DNA of 44,756 bases, taken from NCBI RefSeq assembly GCF_001194135.2, contig NC_069005.1, positions 20,608,590 to 20,653,345 of the forward strand, in the 5' to 3' direction. The notes under the pieces are model-generated. The model had not been told where the DNA came from. It was given only the letters and a program-made list of their open reading frames with translations, and made no database searches. The stretch comes from Octopus bimaculoides (lineage: Eukaryota). Positions 23,830-35,208 of this stretch are shown here, one piece after another (position 1 is the first letter of the stretch; every line of letters starts with the position of its first letter). The position numbers were made by a program, and so were the translations under genes.

Positions 23830-25035
23830 TCTCTGTGTTCCTGTTGCTGTGACCCTGGATTGCCTTTGTTGGAATACCTTATTGGAGTACCTGTGGGCTA
23901 GGATTGCCGAGTGGCCGGAATTGTGTTGCTGTGTCTTGAACTGTCTTCCTTCCTTCCTTTTCTCTGCTCTGTCTTTCTGTTCTTGTATTTATTTATCTAT
24001 TACTGTGAACCCTTTTTGTTGAACTTTTCGTTGGATTTTTGTGGAACATTTTGAACTTTTGTTTAAGGCATGGCAAAAAAGAATAACACTGTCTTGGAGT
24101 GGGAACTGTGCCCACCCAAGCAGTGGTTGAAAGAAATGGAGAAGAGGACAGTGGTCATGCGGACCTATTGTAGGTCACACAATGCCATTTCCCTCTTCAA
24201 CAAAGAGGTTATTGAAAGAGAGTTGGCAATTTGTTTGCCAGCAAAGAAATTTTTCATCTCCAGGGGGGTCAAGTACGCAACGGTGTGGTTGTTGTTCGAC
24301 TCCCCTGAGGAAGCTGCCAATGCGGCCAGCCAGACTCTGCAGGGGTAGGAAATTTTGTTCCTCCCCTCTTACTGTGGAAGGAGAACAATTAGAGCCTGGG
24401 TTCATGGACTACCCCCAGGTGCCAAGGCCAAGTGGATCGCTGATATCATCCGGCAGGGCTTGGGAGACAGTGGACCCAGGCTCCTTAATGTGCACATGTC
24501 ACCTGCAGTCAACTGGCAGGGCGCCAAGGCGACATTGACCTTGTGGTCCCCAGTGGCTGTAGGAGACGTGCTTTCCTGATTTTTTTAAGATGACCGGGGC
24601 CAGGTATCCGGCTATTATTGAGGGTCGGCAACCGAGGTGCCATATGTGCCTAGAAGCTGGCCACATTAAGAAGAACTGTTCCCAGGGCCGTAATAAAGAC
24701 CTGGAGCAGGAAAAAGTGCCCCCCCCCTTCACTAAAAGAAAAAGGAGAGGTGAGCAACCTTTGTTGCTCACCAGTTGAAACAGAGGTTGAGGGGGAGGTG
24801 AAGATCCCCTCGGGTGTGCCGAGGAGGCCCTAACCCCCGAAACCTCTAAAAAGAAAAGGAGAAGGAAGAGAAGTGGGAAGCGGCCGGCGGACGTTTATGT
24901 GCCGCAGACCGAACCAGTGACCCCTCCGGAAGGAAATGTGCCATCGGAGAGGGAGACCCTGTCAGCGGGAATTGTGCCGCTGGCAGGACAAGGTGAGATC
25001 CCCCCTGCTCTGAGGAGGAGGAAGAGTGTGTCCTC
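23830..25035 (+). mobile_element. Tx1/L1-like LINE 5' UTR and disrupted ORF1 (RRM-like region plus CCHC knuckle)
   Basis: ORF pieces 24070-24348, 24355-24579, 24590-24778 join into one protein with VWLLFDSPEEA (RRM-like) and EGRQPRCHMCLEAGHIKKNC (CX2CX4HX4C), then a basic Pro-rich tail. Confidence 0.7.
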
Positions 25036-25172
25036 CTGTACCTCAGGGGTGGGGAGGTTGAGAAGCACTTGAACTACGAGTACGTAGATAGATACGTTTC
25101 TGCCTGCGAAAGTAGTTCAAGGTGGCCTCAGCAGTAATAACCAGTAGCACCCGTGCTGGGGTGGCGGCCGCC

Positions 25173-25506
25173 TGTAGTAGCCTCGCATATATGTGCTTCA
25201 GTACTGAGGCTGAATTGAATATGGAAAGCTGCCTGTGTGCGGCGGAAGGCCTGCTTGCAAGGCATATGAACTGAATAGACAACCAGAGAGGAGAAAAATG
25301 ACTTCTAACCACACAACTTCATTGACAGCGTCTCATCTAACCAAAAGGCGACGTGCTACCGAATTCCAACCCAGTGTGAGCAGAATTCTACTGTAATAAA
25401 ATATTTGTTGTGCTGTTAGTTTAGAGTCTGCGTTCCGTTTACTTCCTTAAGAAATTTAATGTACGGAATTGGGATACACCTAATGGTGTATAACCACTTC
25501 CCTACA
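25173..25506 (+). mobile_element. Candidate 5' LTR of an LTR retrotransposon
   Basis: TGTAG...CTACA termini, internal AATAAA near 25395, directly followed by a PBS; left boundary uncertain. Confidence 0.45.
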
Positions 25507-25508
25507 AC

Positions 25509-25520
25509 TGGTGACCCCGA
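25509..25520 (+). promoter_or_regulatory. Primer-binding site, tRNA-Trp type
   Basis: TGGTGACCCCGA, 2 nt after ...TACA, complementary to the recalled 3' end of eukaryotic tRNA-Trp (...UCGGGGUCACCA). Confidence 0.6.
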
Positions 25521-26069
25521 ATCAAGAACAAATGCAGCCCGAAAACTCTGAACTACCAACCACAATACTACACAAGCTGTCGCCTGTCTTACACATGCTT
25601 TCCACAGTAGCCTTAGACCGCGAGACAAGACAAACAACTGAACAGTAATTTCCTGTCCGACTACACGTGCGCTTTTCATGGTTCCTTTTGAATCGCTATA
25701 TTTCACCACAGATGTTGCTTTTGACTTTGTCTAGCAGGACAGCCTCATAAACAAACACAGACTTGCACACATTTAATTTTCTGCCCTGTTTTATTGTGTT
25801 ATATTCCCCTTTTCAGCGCGACAAGGTGGGTGATATTTTGTTCCTGCATACAGTACACAAAAGCAACACACATACACACTAAAAAAAAAAAAAAAAAAGG
25901 CAAGCACAATTGTTTTCTTTACAAATTTTTTTTTTCTCTCTCTCTCTCTTTTGTGCACACCATAACTTACAAAAACAAGAACACGAAAAATATTGTGTTT
26001 TTTCTTTTAGCGGTAAATCTTTTTGGCTCAACATGCGGCGGTCAATCACCACTTGGGCATGCTCTTATT

Positions 26070-26912
26070 TGAAGTGCTAGAGAAACTAGACCAGCACAAC
26101 TATGAGGTACAGCACCGTCCGGGGCAGGTACATGGTAAAGCTGATAGCTTGAGTCGTTGTCCTCGTAAACCAGACCACAAGCACAGTAAGAAATGCAACC
26201 GAACTGCAATGACTGGATATGTGTCAACCAGAGAAGTACAGAAGAGACAGATGGAAGATGCTGACTTAAGGCCAGTGGTAGAGTGGCTGCAGCAGAAAGC
26301 AACGAGACCATCTTGGGAGGAGGTATTCAGGTCCAGCCCTGAAACTAAGAGCTATTGGGGCCAGTGGGACCGTCTTCGTCTGAACAATGGGCTGCTTGAG
26401 AGGCGCTGGAAGACACCCGATGGCTTTAATGAGTATTGGCAGTTGGTGATACCCAAGAAGACGAGACCTGACCTGCTGGAAGAAGCTCATAACCAAATTA
26501 CAAGTGGACATCTAGGGGGTAAAGAAAGCATTGAATCAGCTGCAGCACAGATTCTATTGGAAGGGCATGCATCAGGACGTCCAGGAATGGTGTCAATCTT
26601 GTGATGTATGCTGCGCCAAGAAGGGACCAAGGAAGCAGGGATGTGCCCCTCTGCAGTTATACCAGGTGGGTGTACCCTTGGAAAGGGTAGCTGTGGATAT
26701 TGCTGGACTGTTGCCACTCACGTAAAGAGGAAATAGGAATATATGTGTGGCCATGGACTACTTCACAAAGTGGCCTGAGGCCTATGCCATCCATGATCAG
26801 GAAGATACAACGGTTGCGCAAGTGTTAGTAGATCAGTTCTTCTGCCGGTTTGGAGTGCCTCAGGAGTTGCATTCCGATCAAGGTAGGAACTTTGAATCAG
26901 CTGTGTTCCACG
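26070..26912 (+). mobile_element. Gypsy/Ty3 pol fragment: RNase H end, HHCC zinc domain, integrase core start
   Basis: YEVQHRPGQVHGKADSLSR; HNQITSGHLG...FYWKGMHQDVQEWCQSCDVC; PLERVAVDIAG; MDYFTKWPEAY; FGVPQELHSDQGRNFES; frameshifted. Confidence 0.92.
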
Positions 26913-27150
26913 AGAGTCTTTTTAATCTTTGTACCTGACCATTCTGCTGAAACCCTTCTGCCCCTTATTAAAAAATTTATCAAACCAGGGACAACTGTAT
27001 ATTCTGACTGTTGGAGTGCTTATAATGGGATTAGTGAAGTAGATGTTTTACCCAAAGACACCCATTTCAAGGTGAACCATTCCGAAAACTTTGTTGATCC
27101 AATAACAAGTGTTCACACGAATTCAGTTGAATGTTATTGGAAGAATGCAA
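26913..27150 (+). mobile_element. Merlin (IS1016/IS1595-related) DDE transposase, C-terminal part
   Basis: VPDHSAETLLPLIKKFIKPGTTVYSDCWSAY...VNHSENFVDPITSVHTNSVECYW. Confidence 0.85.
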
Positions 27151-27605
27151 AACGACCAAGGACTACCATCAACACCGACACTACCACCACGGTTTCTGAT
27201 ACTACATCTGCTTCCTCTGCTACCGACATCACCACCACCACCACCACCAAGAACGACAATAACAACAATTCCATTCAACCTTTGCTCCCTTCACCGCCAA
27301 CAACTGAAGGAGAGAAAGGAAAAATTAGAATCATTAAACGAATGGCTGAAATATTTTGAACACAGAAGATTATAAAAACAATTTTCCTTCCCTTTCCCCT
27401 TCACGTAAAAGGGACAAGAATACAAAAAAAAAAAAAGTCATCCAACTACTACAACAGCAGATAAAAGACACAAGAGCTTTGATTAGACGACCAGAACAAG
27501 CCAACACAGACAAAATCGAAAAATGCCTTCGCCCTGTATGGGCACAAAGATTATGTTGCTTGGTAGCTTCAACTCTTCTATCCTATGTTCAGTAACAAGG
27601 ATACC

Positions 27606-27865
27606 AGTTGAATCCTGAACGAGCTGATGTCTACACTTTTGTTTCATCAATGCTTGAAGACAGCAATGATGGCATCATCTTCCTTGATGCGCCTTGTGGC
27701 ACAGGAAAGATATTTCTACTCAACCCCCTCCTTGCCAAAGTTTGTCAACGTGGGTAGAAAGCCATTGCAACAGCATCTTCAGGAATAGCAGCCACGCTGT
27801 TAGACGGCAGCAGAACAGTCCATTCAACATTTAAGCTTCCTCTTAACATTGATCATGTAAAAAAT
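27606..27865 (+). mobile_element. Helitron PIF1 helicase fragment (motifs I/Ia)
   Basis: IIFLDAPCGTGKIFLLN...AIATASSGIAATLLDGSRTVHSTFKLPL. Confidence 0.85.
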
Positions 27866-28249
27866 CCTTCGGTGCACTTTAGGATGAGACACTGAGAGAA
27901 AACCACTGTAACTTCTCAACAACGTAAATAATAAAAAAAAAAAACAAATTGAATAAAAATAACACACTACCTGTTTTTGTTAACTTCATACATTTTCAAA
28001 TTCAACTTTCAAGAACGCTATCCAAATCGCACGTGGTTGTCAAGGTCTAGAATTCTTGACCGTTGGAATCATGGCCAAATTTGGGCATGCGCAAATAAAA
28101 AAAAAACAAAAAAACATTTCCAAGGATTGGCTTAAGAAATCTTTCTACAGAAAATCTGGTGCTAAGCAGTTCGCTTAACAATCGTTTCGATAGAGAGCCT
28201 TGTGCTAAAAAGTTTACTAGGATTTGTTGACATTGGTAATTTATTGTAA

Positions 28250-28582
28250 ACATGATTTATGACATATTGCCTTACATTCAAGATTTTGATGCAGCTTATT
28301 CATTTCTAGAAATGAAGAAAGTTCTCAATTGTGTAAGTCTCCGATGTTCACATTGCCAGAAAGAAGATATTTCGTTGCCCAACACACAAAGCAGAAAAAC
28401 AGTCTATTAAAAAGTCTTCCTCCTATCTGGAAAATTCCAAAATAAACCTGCAGGACTTTATTCTTGTTACATATTTATGGTCCCATAACACATCTGTATA
28501 CACATCATCCGAGATGACTGGCCTATCACATACTACTGTTATTCAATGACATCAATATAGGAGGGATATTTTGTGCAACCCC
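28250..28582 (+). mobile_element. Merlin transposase, N-terminal part
   Basis: LRCSHCQK...KKSSSYLENSKINLQDFILVTYLWSH...EMTGLSHTTVIQ*HQYRRDILC, matching the Merlin N-terminal zinc-ribbon/HTH layout; ends at a 100-N gap. Confidence 0.55.
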
Positions 28583-28702
28583 NNNNNNNNNNNNNNNNNN
28601 NNNNNNNNNNNNNNNNNNNNNNNNNNNNNNNNNNNNNNNNNNNNNNNNNNNNNNNNNNNNNNNNNNNNNNNNNNNNNNNNNNTCTCTCAAATACCGTGCA
28701 CT

Positions 28703-29334
28703 ATGGACACCAGCAGACGAAGCTTTATACAGCACCAAATTGAAGCTAATAAGAAGATGCACTGAAACTGGTAATTAGAAGAAATTCGCCTTCTTGCACA
28801 AGCATGGAGCTTGGCCAAAGGATCACCAGCAAATGACCTAATAGCTGAAACCTTGGNNNNNNNNNNTCATAAACACACACAACCCTGGAGTTACCAACAT
28901 GTTTCAAATTATACAAACTTACCAATAGTCCTACAAATGCCAAAAATGGAAAACCTATTAAACACTACATCAGAAACAGTAAATGCCAAGATAACCTAAG
29001 ATAACCGCTCTCTCAAATACCGTGCACTATGGACACCAGCAGACGAAGCTTTATACANNNNNNNNNNNNNNNNNNNNNNNNNNNNNNNNNNNNNNNNNNN
29101 NNNNNNNNNNNNNNNNNNNNNNNNNNNNNNNNNNNNNNNNNNNNNNNNNNNNNNNNNGCAAATGACCTAATAGCTGAAACCTTGGATAGATATAATTTCT
29201 ACAGATCAATGGCTCAAATTGAACGGAAGAAACAGGAGCTCATATGCTCCTATGATCTTATAAAACCGCATCTTGACCTCCTAGAAGGCATTAAAAAGGA
29301 CAATGAAGACTACTTACAAAGGATTCAATTATAA
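28703..29334 (+). pseudogene. Small ORF upstream of NS1-like gene, about 100 aa, two internal stops, function unknown
   Basis: After collapsing the repeats around gaps: MDTSRRSFIQHQIEANKKMH*NW*LEEIRLLAQAWSLAKGSPANDLIAETLDRYNFYRSMAQIERKKQEL...YLQRIQL*. Confidence 0.45.
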
Positions 29335-29565
29335 TCAGTTCTGTGCCACACCACCTGGCAGGCACTTAAACAGCTTACCGCCTAAAGGGAAAAGGCACGG
29401 TAGAACAACATACATAAATGCCAATGCAAGCGGAAATAACGCACTTAAACATCTGTCAGGCCACTTTGTTAACAAGTAAATTGACAAGCGCTGTCGATAT
29501 CACAGCCCTGGCGTATCATACATATAAATAAGACCTCGACAAGTGAAATCCCACAGACGCCAGCC

Positions 29566-31246
29566 ATGGAGATACCACTCAACATCGCAGCTACCAACGA
29601 TAAAGGAACTTTCGACGCAACAGTCAAAGGAGAGAAACTACAACCGTACACATGGGTTTACCGAATACAGTCAGAAAAAGAGTTCACCTGGGAAGAATCA
29701 CCATTCATAAGGTCAGCGTTAAACACATTTAAACATCAATCAAACTACTTTCTCAATCTGCTATCCAAGCATCCCAGCATCACAAAAAATCGTTATCGAG
29801 CATTAAACANNNNNNNNNNCTATCCAAGCATCCCAGCATCACAAAAAATCGTTATCGAGCATTAAACATTGTTACGACCAACCACATTTTCATATTATTT
29901 CTTGGCATAAAGATCACCCGACAAACCTACACAGCNNNNNNNNNNTTTTCATATTATTTCTTGGCATAAAGATCACCCGACAAACCTACACAGCTTCACC
30001 ATGCTTAAAACATATTAAAAAATAATATAGAAAAGCCATACAACATGGCTGCAACGAAAGTATTCACGCCTCAAGGCTTTGCTAATTACCTTAACCAAGA
30101 TAACTCCATCAGATGGGTAGTAAGCGCTGATAACATCACCACGGAGGGACAGAAATTAATGCTCAAGGAACTAACGGACAAAGATATTCAAAACACAGAA
30201 TCAGGATCAGAATCCGACGAAGGAAAAGTGTTGAACACACGCACAGTTCGCGGGCAGAAGTATGATTTCATTAAGAAAATCATGAAGAAATACTGCAGCA
30301 CAGACCTCGGTGATATTATTAAGTATTGCAAAACAAGCAATAAACATCACCAGAAACAAAAATGGATAAACATTTACTGAAAAACACCAAACTTCACTGC
30401 CCTCATCCAATCAGCAGCTCCGGACACCAACATCGAAGCACTGACTACACCCATATGGGAACAAATCAGACATAAAAAATCATACTTCACACAGAACGCA
30501 AACAATTACCACGATGTTCAAACCTCCCTGGACATTTACGACGAGTGGTTACAACGTCACAACATCGATGCAGACACTTTCAGCAGACAAACTTTTGAAA
30601 TTTGTCATAAAATCAACCCCAAGGTTAACGGACTACACACCACAGGCGTCTCCAACTCTGGAAAGAGTTACATTCTGAGAAGCATCAGGAACGGACTCGT
30701 GAATTGCAGACGTATGAGATGTCAGGCTTCAGACAACTTTACATTTGGATCTTGCGTGGATAAAACGCTGATATACACCGATGAAATGTGGTTTGCCACA
30801 AACAACGTCGAGGAGGCTAAATGTATATTTGAGGGCACTGATACTTATATTAACATAAAACATAGCCCAGAACGTATTCTGAAACGCACACCTTGCTTAT
30901 CAACATCCAATCAGGAACCATGGAGAGTGGTAATGCAGGAAGAAAGCGCATTGAAGAACAGACTATTCCTCTACGAAACAAGCAAAGACATGCTACAACT
31001 AACAGACTGGGGAAAAGTCGAGTTAAATCCACTTATGTGGTTAACCATTTGGAAGTCATACATTGACAAATTCGTAGATAATACCTACAGTGAAATCTAC
31101 NNNNNNNNNNGAAGTCATACATTGACAAATTCGTAGATAATACCTACAGTGAAATCTACATAGAAGAAAACAAACCGAAAACTTCAACAAGATACAACTT
31201 GTGTCAGACTTCGACCACTTGTCACCAACCAAGAAAAGAACCATAA
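29566..31246 (+). pseudogene. NS1: Endogenous parvovirus NS1-like gene (SF3 helicase with putative N-terminal nuclease domain)
   Basis: Walker A GVSNSGKS, Walker B LIYTDE, B' EEAKCIFEGTDTYINIKH, motif C LSTSN, LKNRL. ORF-track pieces 29566, 30045 and 30699 become one frame of about 500 codons with a single TGA (30378-30380) once duplications flanking three 10-N gaps are removed. Confidence 0.85.
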
Positions 31247-31249
31247 ACG

Positions 31250-32018
31250 CTGTGCTCAAACTCAGGAAGGCCAAACCGATGACCGAAACAAGGAAAATGC
31301 CACCAGTGCTATAACCGCTACTGAAAGCTGCAATGGCCATGGTGAATGCAATTAACACAGTACCACACCAAAAGACAGAGACAGGAGAACAGACAAAGTA
31401 GCCAAAGACGAAGAAATGGTGAACACTAACAAGCCTCAAGCCCAAGCATGTTACGCAAAGAAACAGATTATCTGTAAATTCTACCTACATGGTACCTGTT
31501 GGCTCAGGGAAAAGGGAGCAAACTGCAAATTTGTCCATCCCAAACACCACCAGCTAAACAAGCTAGATGACCNNNNNNNNNNCCACAACAAAATAAGCCA
31601 GAGTGCAGAAAAAAAAGAGACCAAAAAACTTGAACCTGCATACCTATAATCCACCAAGAACCAACAGGACTCACAAGGAAAGAAGTCCACATNNNNNNNN
31701 NNCTATAATCCACCAAGAACCAACAGGACTCACAAGGAAAGAAGTCCACATATTTCTTCTGCTCCTAACAAAAGGCTATATGCAGAGGCTGTGCAAACTG
31801 CAGCAGCTGAACTACAAGCTTTTTTAAGCATGGCTCAGAACATAGTGCATCAACTCACATGGATACAGAGTCAACACCATACAAACCACTATCCAAGACC
31901 ACCACAGGCGATGGATGCAGGATGGCTGCCACTAACACCAGGGACCCCTGCACAGGTATCACACCTGTTTTGTGAATTCTCCCCATATATCACATGCTCA
32001 CGTGGTCGCACCAGTTGA
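31250..32018 (+). other. Disrupted ORF with a CCCH zinc finger, LINE-ORF1-like
   Basis: ICKFYLHGTCWLREKGANCKFVHP (C-x7-C-x8-C-x3-H), followed across gaps by ...KRLYAEAVQTAAAELQAFLSMAQ... and a Gln/Pro-rich tail. Confidence 0.6.
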
Positions 32019-32269
32019 TCCTGTCTCCTCTCATNNNNNNNNNNNNNNNNNNNNNNNNNNNNNNNNNNNNNNNNNNNNNNNNNNNNNNNNNNNNNNNNNN
32101 NNNNNNNNNNNNNNNNNNNNNNNNNNNNNNNNNNACTTTCTACCTTTCTACACTTTACGGATTCTCTTTTGGACTTTCTACACTTCAGCTGCACCTCTCC
32201 TGCCTGTGGATTATAATATATATATGTGCATATATATATATTATATTTTTCACTTAGAGTGAGAAATTT

Positions 32270-34660
32270 ACCCAGGATGTTTTTAAGGTTCTGGACAGGT
32301 AGGTTATGATACACACACGGCTAGAAAGGCCGGCTTTTTGCTCTCACCTGATGTATCAAACCCCAGTAATGGGAGGAGTGGAAGAATGGATGTGGGAAAC
32401 TTAACAAGGACTGTTGGTGGTGGAAATAAGTTTTAGGGGTGGCCCTGAAAAATCCTGTAATTGTAGAAACTCTCAATTGTGTCCTCTTGACAGGTTCTGT
32501 CTGAGTACCAATGTAGTATATAAATGCGTTGTTAAGGATGAGGAATTTAAATAAGGTTTAAATAGGCAGTACGGTGAATTTTAAAGCCAGATATAGGGTC
32601 CACATGAGCTCTTTTCCAAATGAAAAATATTGCAGCTCTACAACACTCGCATCTCATTTATACAACCTTAAGAAGAATAATAAGAGGTATTTCTCTGGAA
32701 TGGTCGATTACATCGAGAGCCCCTTACTTCAGAGTAAATATTAGTGTTTATTGTGTGTTAGGGAATCCCTTGCTATACCTAGGTCCTTTGGGCCGAAAAC
32801 CTTAAATAGATTTACTGAAGTGATCCCCTTCTGTAATCATAGGTTTTCACCCACCTTTTTGAAAATATATAGGAATAAAAATAAGAATAAATGTTAGCGT
32901 TAGGGGGATTTGAAACCTGCAAGGTTATATTAGTTACTACAGCCACTTTGAATGTTTAACAAGGTTCTTTTTTTCTTTTTTTTCCATTCGTGATGTGGAA
33001 TCGTCTGCAGATGTGTTCCCTCTAGGATATATAAGCTTTGTTAAAAGACATAATTCTTTTCATGAGTCTTGATGTGAATGTAATGTTATCCCGATGAAGG
33101 GGTCATTGCCGGATTGCACCTTGGTGTAATTGAACTACGGTGGTGAACTCCTGAAATGGCCATAGATACTTGTGCGTGTTGTTTTTGACTGGTGTATTTA
33201 TATGAACTTTTGAAAGTTTTTGTGAGGAGAAACAACTTTTTTCACGATGTACTTGGATTTTACCTGTGGAAGTCTGCTTTATTATGAACTTGTACCTGTT
33301 GAGGGAAGTAAAAGACCATTTCAAATATATTATATCTTTTTAAATGATTTTAAATTATTTAAAAAGTATTTTAATCGTCAGATAAAATCTTTTAGTCGGT
33401 GGACAATTATTTTATCTTCAAATTATTTATATTTGTCTAGTAGGATTGGTATTTTGAATTTTTAGTTGCTTTTTTTTTAAAACTCCATTGTGTACAACAT
33501 TGCTGAAGAAAGTGTATACATTTAGATATAATATAATATAATAGACCCTCAAAATGAATACTGCTGGTAAAATGGAGTTGATAAAGATGGACTCATCACT
33601 TAAAGACATACCTATCCCACATATGTTAAGGAACTAATCTTAAGAATAAATGAATTCATTCATAGAATACGCTGGAGGATACATCATCAGGATAAGAAGA
33701 CTTCCCAGTTGGGCCCAGAAACTCTGAACGATCACCACATCACCAGAAATAATAACAATGAAATACGAGAACTCACTAAACATATATTCAAATCCAGAAA
33801 AGCACCACCAGCCAACAAGCACTTGGATGATTTCGAACAGGAACTGTAGAACATAGTGAAAAACATCAAGTTCAAGAACCACCCCCTCAGGCATAATCCT
33901 TACCAAAGAAAGTTGAAAGAACTGATAAGAACACTGGATACCCAAAATGGTATTCTAACACATTCTGACAAAACAGGGAACTTGTATAATATTGAAACAG
34001 ACACATATCATGAACTGATATATAGGGAAATAATGAAAAAATATAAGGTTGTACCTAACACCACTCTAAGAAAGTTAAACTTGGAAGCCAGAAATATTAT
34101 GCTGGATTTCAATATAGGCGATAAAACTGAACCATTTACTCCTATCAGACCACGTATAACTATTAAAGATCACAAAGAGAACTTCACCCACAAAACACAG
34201 GTCAGACTAATTTGTCCCAACAAATCTGACTTAGGAAAACTTAGTAAAGTAATACTGGATAAGTACCTACCAACAATTAGGAATAGGGTAAAACTTGACT
34301 TATGGAAAAACACCCAAGGAGCATTGAATTGGTTCTCCAAAATACAGATAGGGAATAGGACCTTAGACTAATCCAAATTGATATTCAAAACTACTATGCA
34401 TCTATAAACCCAGTAGTCCTAAATAGCGCCCTCATTTTCGCCAGATGGCACACTAACCTTAGTATGAGGGAAATATAGGTAATACTCACTGCCCGGAAGA
34501 CTGTTGTAGAATTTGATAACAAGCTATGGGCACGAAAGGACACACCAACCTCTTTGATATTACAATGGGGTCGCCGGAAACTACTGACCTAGTAGGCCTT
34601 TATATACTGGACAATATAGGTAGGGAATTCCCTGGCGGTCTATATAGAGACGACACACTA
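32270..34660 (+). mobile_element. Penelope-like element in partial-tandem layout: GIY-YIG 3' fragment, pLTR with hammerhead, then ORF start and RT
   Basis: CRNSQLCPLDRFCLSTNVVYKCVV...HMSSF...TTLASHLYNLK (32460-32760); ORF restart SLKDIPIP...RINEFIHRIRWR (about 33590); SDKTGNLY, PRITIKDHKENF...VRLICPNKSDLG; GLYRDD at about 34640. Confidence 0.85.
33087..33168 (+). ncRNA. Type-I hammerhead motif with mutated core (CCGAUGA) in the Penelope pLTR
   Basis: TATC-CCGATGA-AGGGGT...ACTCCT-GAAA-TGGCCA-UA-GATA; helices I, II and palindromic III present. Confidence 0.65.
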
Positions 34661-35208
34661 TTTGAGCTGGGAACATCGAAAGCATTAGGAGTATCTTTGC
34701 GAATCCAAATCTTATCATTAAAAGAAATAAACGACTTCCTAGCAGCTAACACTACTTCTATTTCATCCCTAGTAAGCCCTGCCTTATTATGAAAGAACCA
34801 AAGAGCCTTATTTAGTACGATAGGGTTAATAGAAGCATAAAAATTAGAAATATCATACTATATAAACTTAGCATTACATTTGTTCTCAATAGAACGAAAC
34901 CACTCAATAACCTGATTAATACTAGACCATAAATTCAATTGTAATCTATCAATTATAATAGGAATATACCTATCCAAAATACTTTTAATAATTATCCCAA
35001 TGTCAGATTTAGCCGGGCAAATAAGCTTCAAAGATGGCTGAGTCCAAAAATTAATTTTATGATCTTTAAGAAGAAACCACGGTTCCTTAGGCACTATAGG
35101 TTCAGTTCTGTCCACAACAGCATACTTTTCCATTATTTTCTTCACTTCCAAATTAGTCTTTCTGAGTGTCCTTCCATTAGTAATTTTATAATTTTTATCA
35201 ATCTCCAT
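34661..35208 (-). mobile_element. Penelope RT fragment, reverse orientation
   Basis: PWFLLKDHKINF...LKLICPAKSDIG...KFI*YDISNFYASINP...KALWFFHNKAGLTRDEI. Confidence 0.85.

Noticed and set aside
25068-25121. Hairpin CTTGAACTAC/GTAGTTCAAG with GAAA as a hammerhead
   Set aside because: No CUGANGA core or UH cleavage site
26913-27150. Bacterial IS1595 or contamination
   Set aside because: Merlin is the eukaryotic branch of this family; the fragment is contiguous with animal TEs and a Merlin-type MITE is present
26850-27359. 169-aa ORF as a novel fusion gene
   Set aside because: Read-through of off-frame Gypsy sequence into a Merlin fragment and a Thr-rich repeat
29760-31740. Short direct repeats separated by spacers (CRISPR-like or tandem)
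   Set aside because: Each pair flanks a 10-N gap and the repeats differ from each other; assembly artefact in a eukaryotic context
33310-33390. Minus-strand CUGACGA...GAAA motif
   Set aside because: Helices I, II and III do not pair convincingly in very AT-rich sequence
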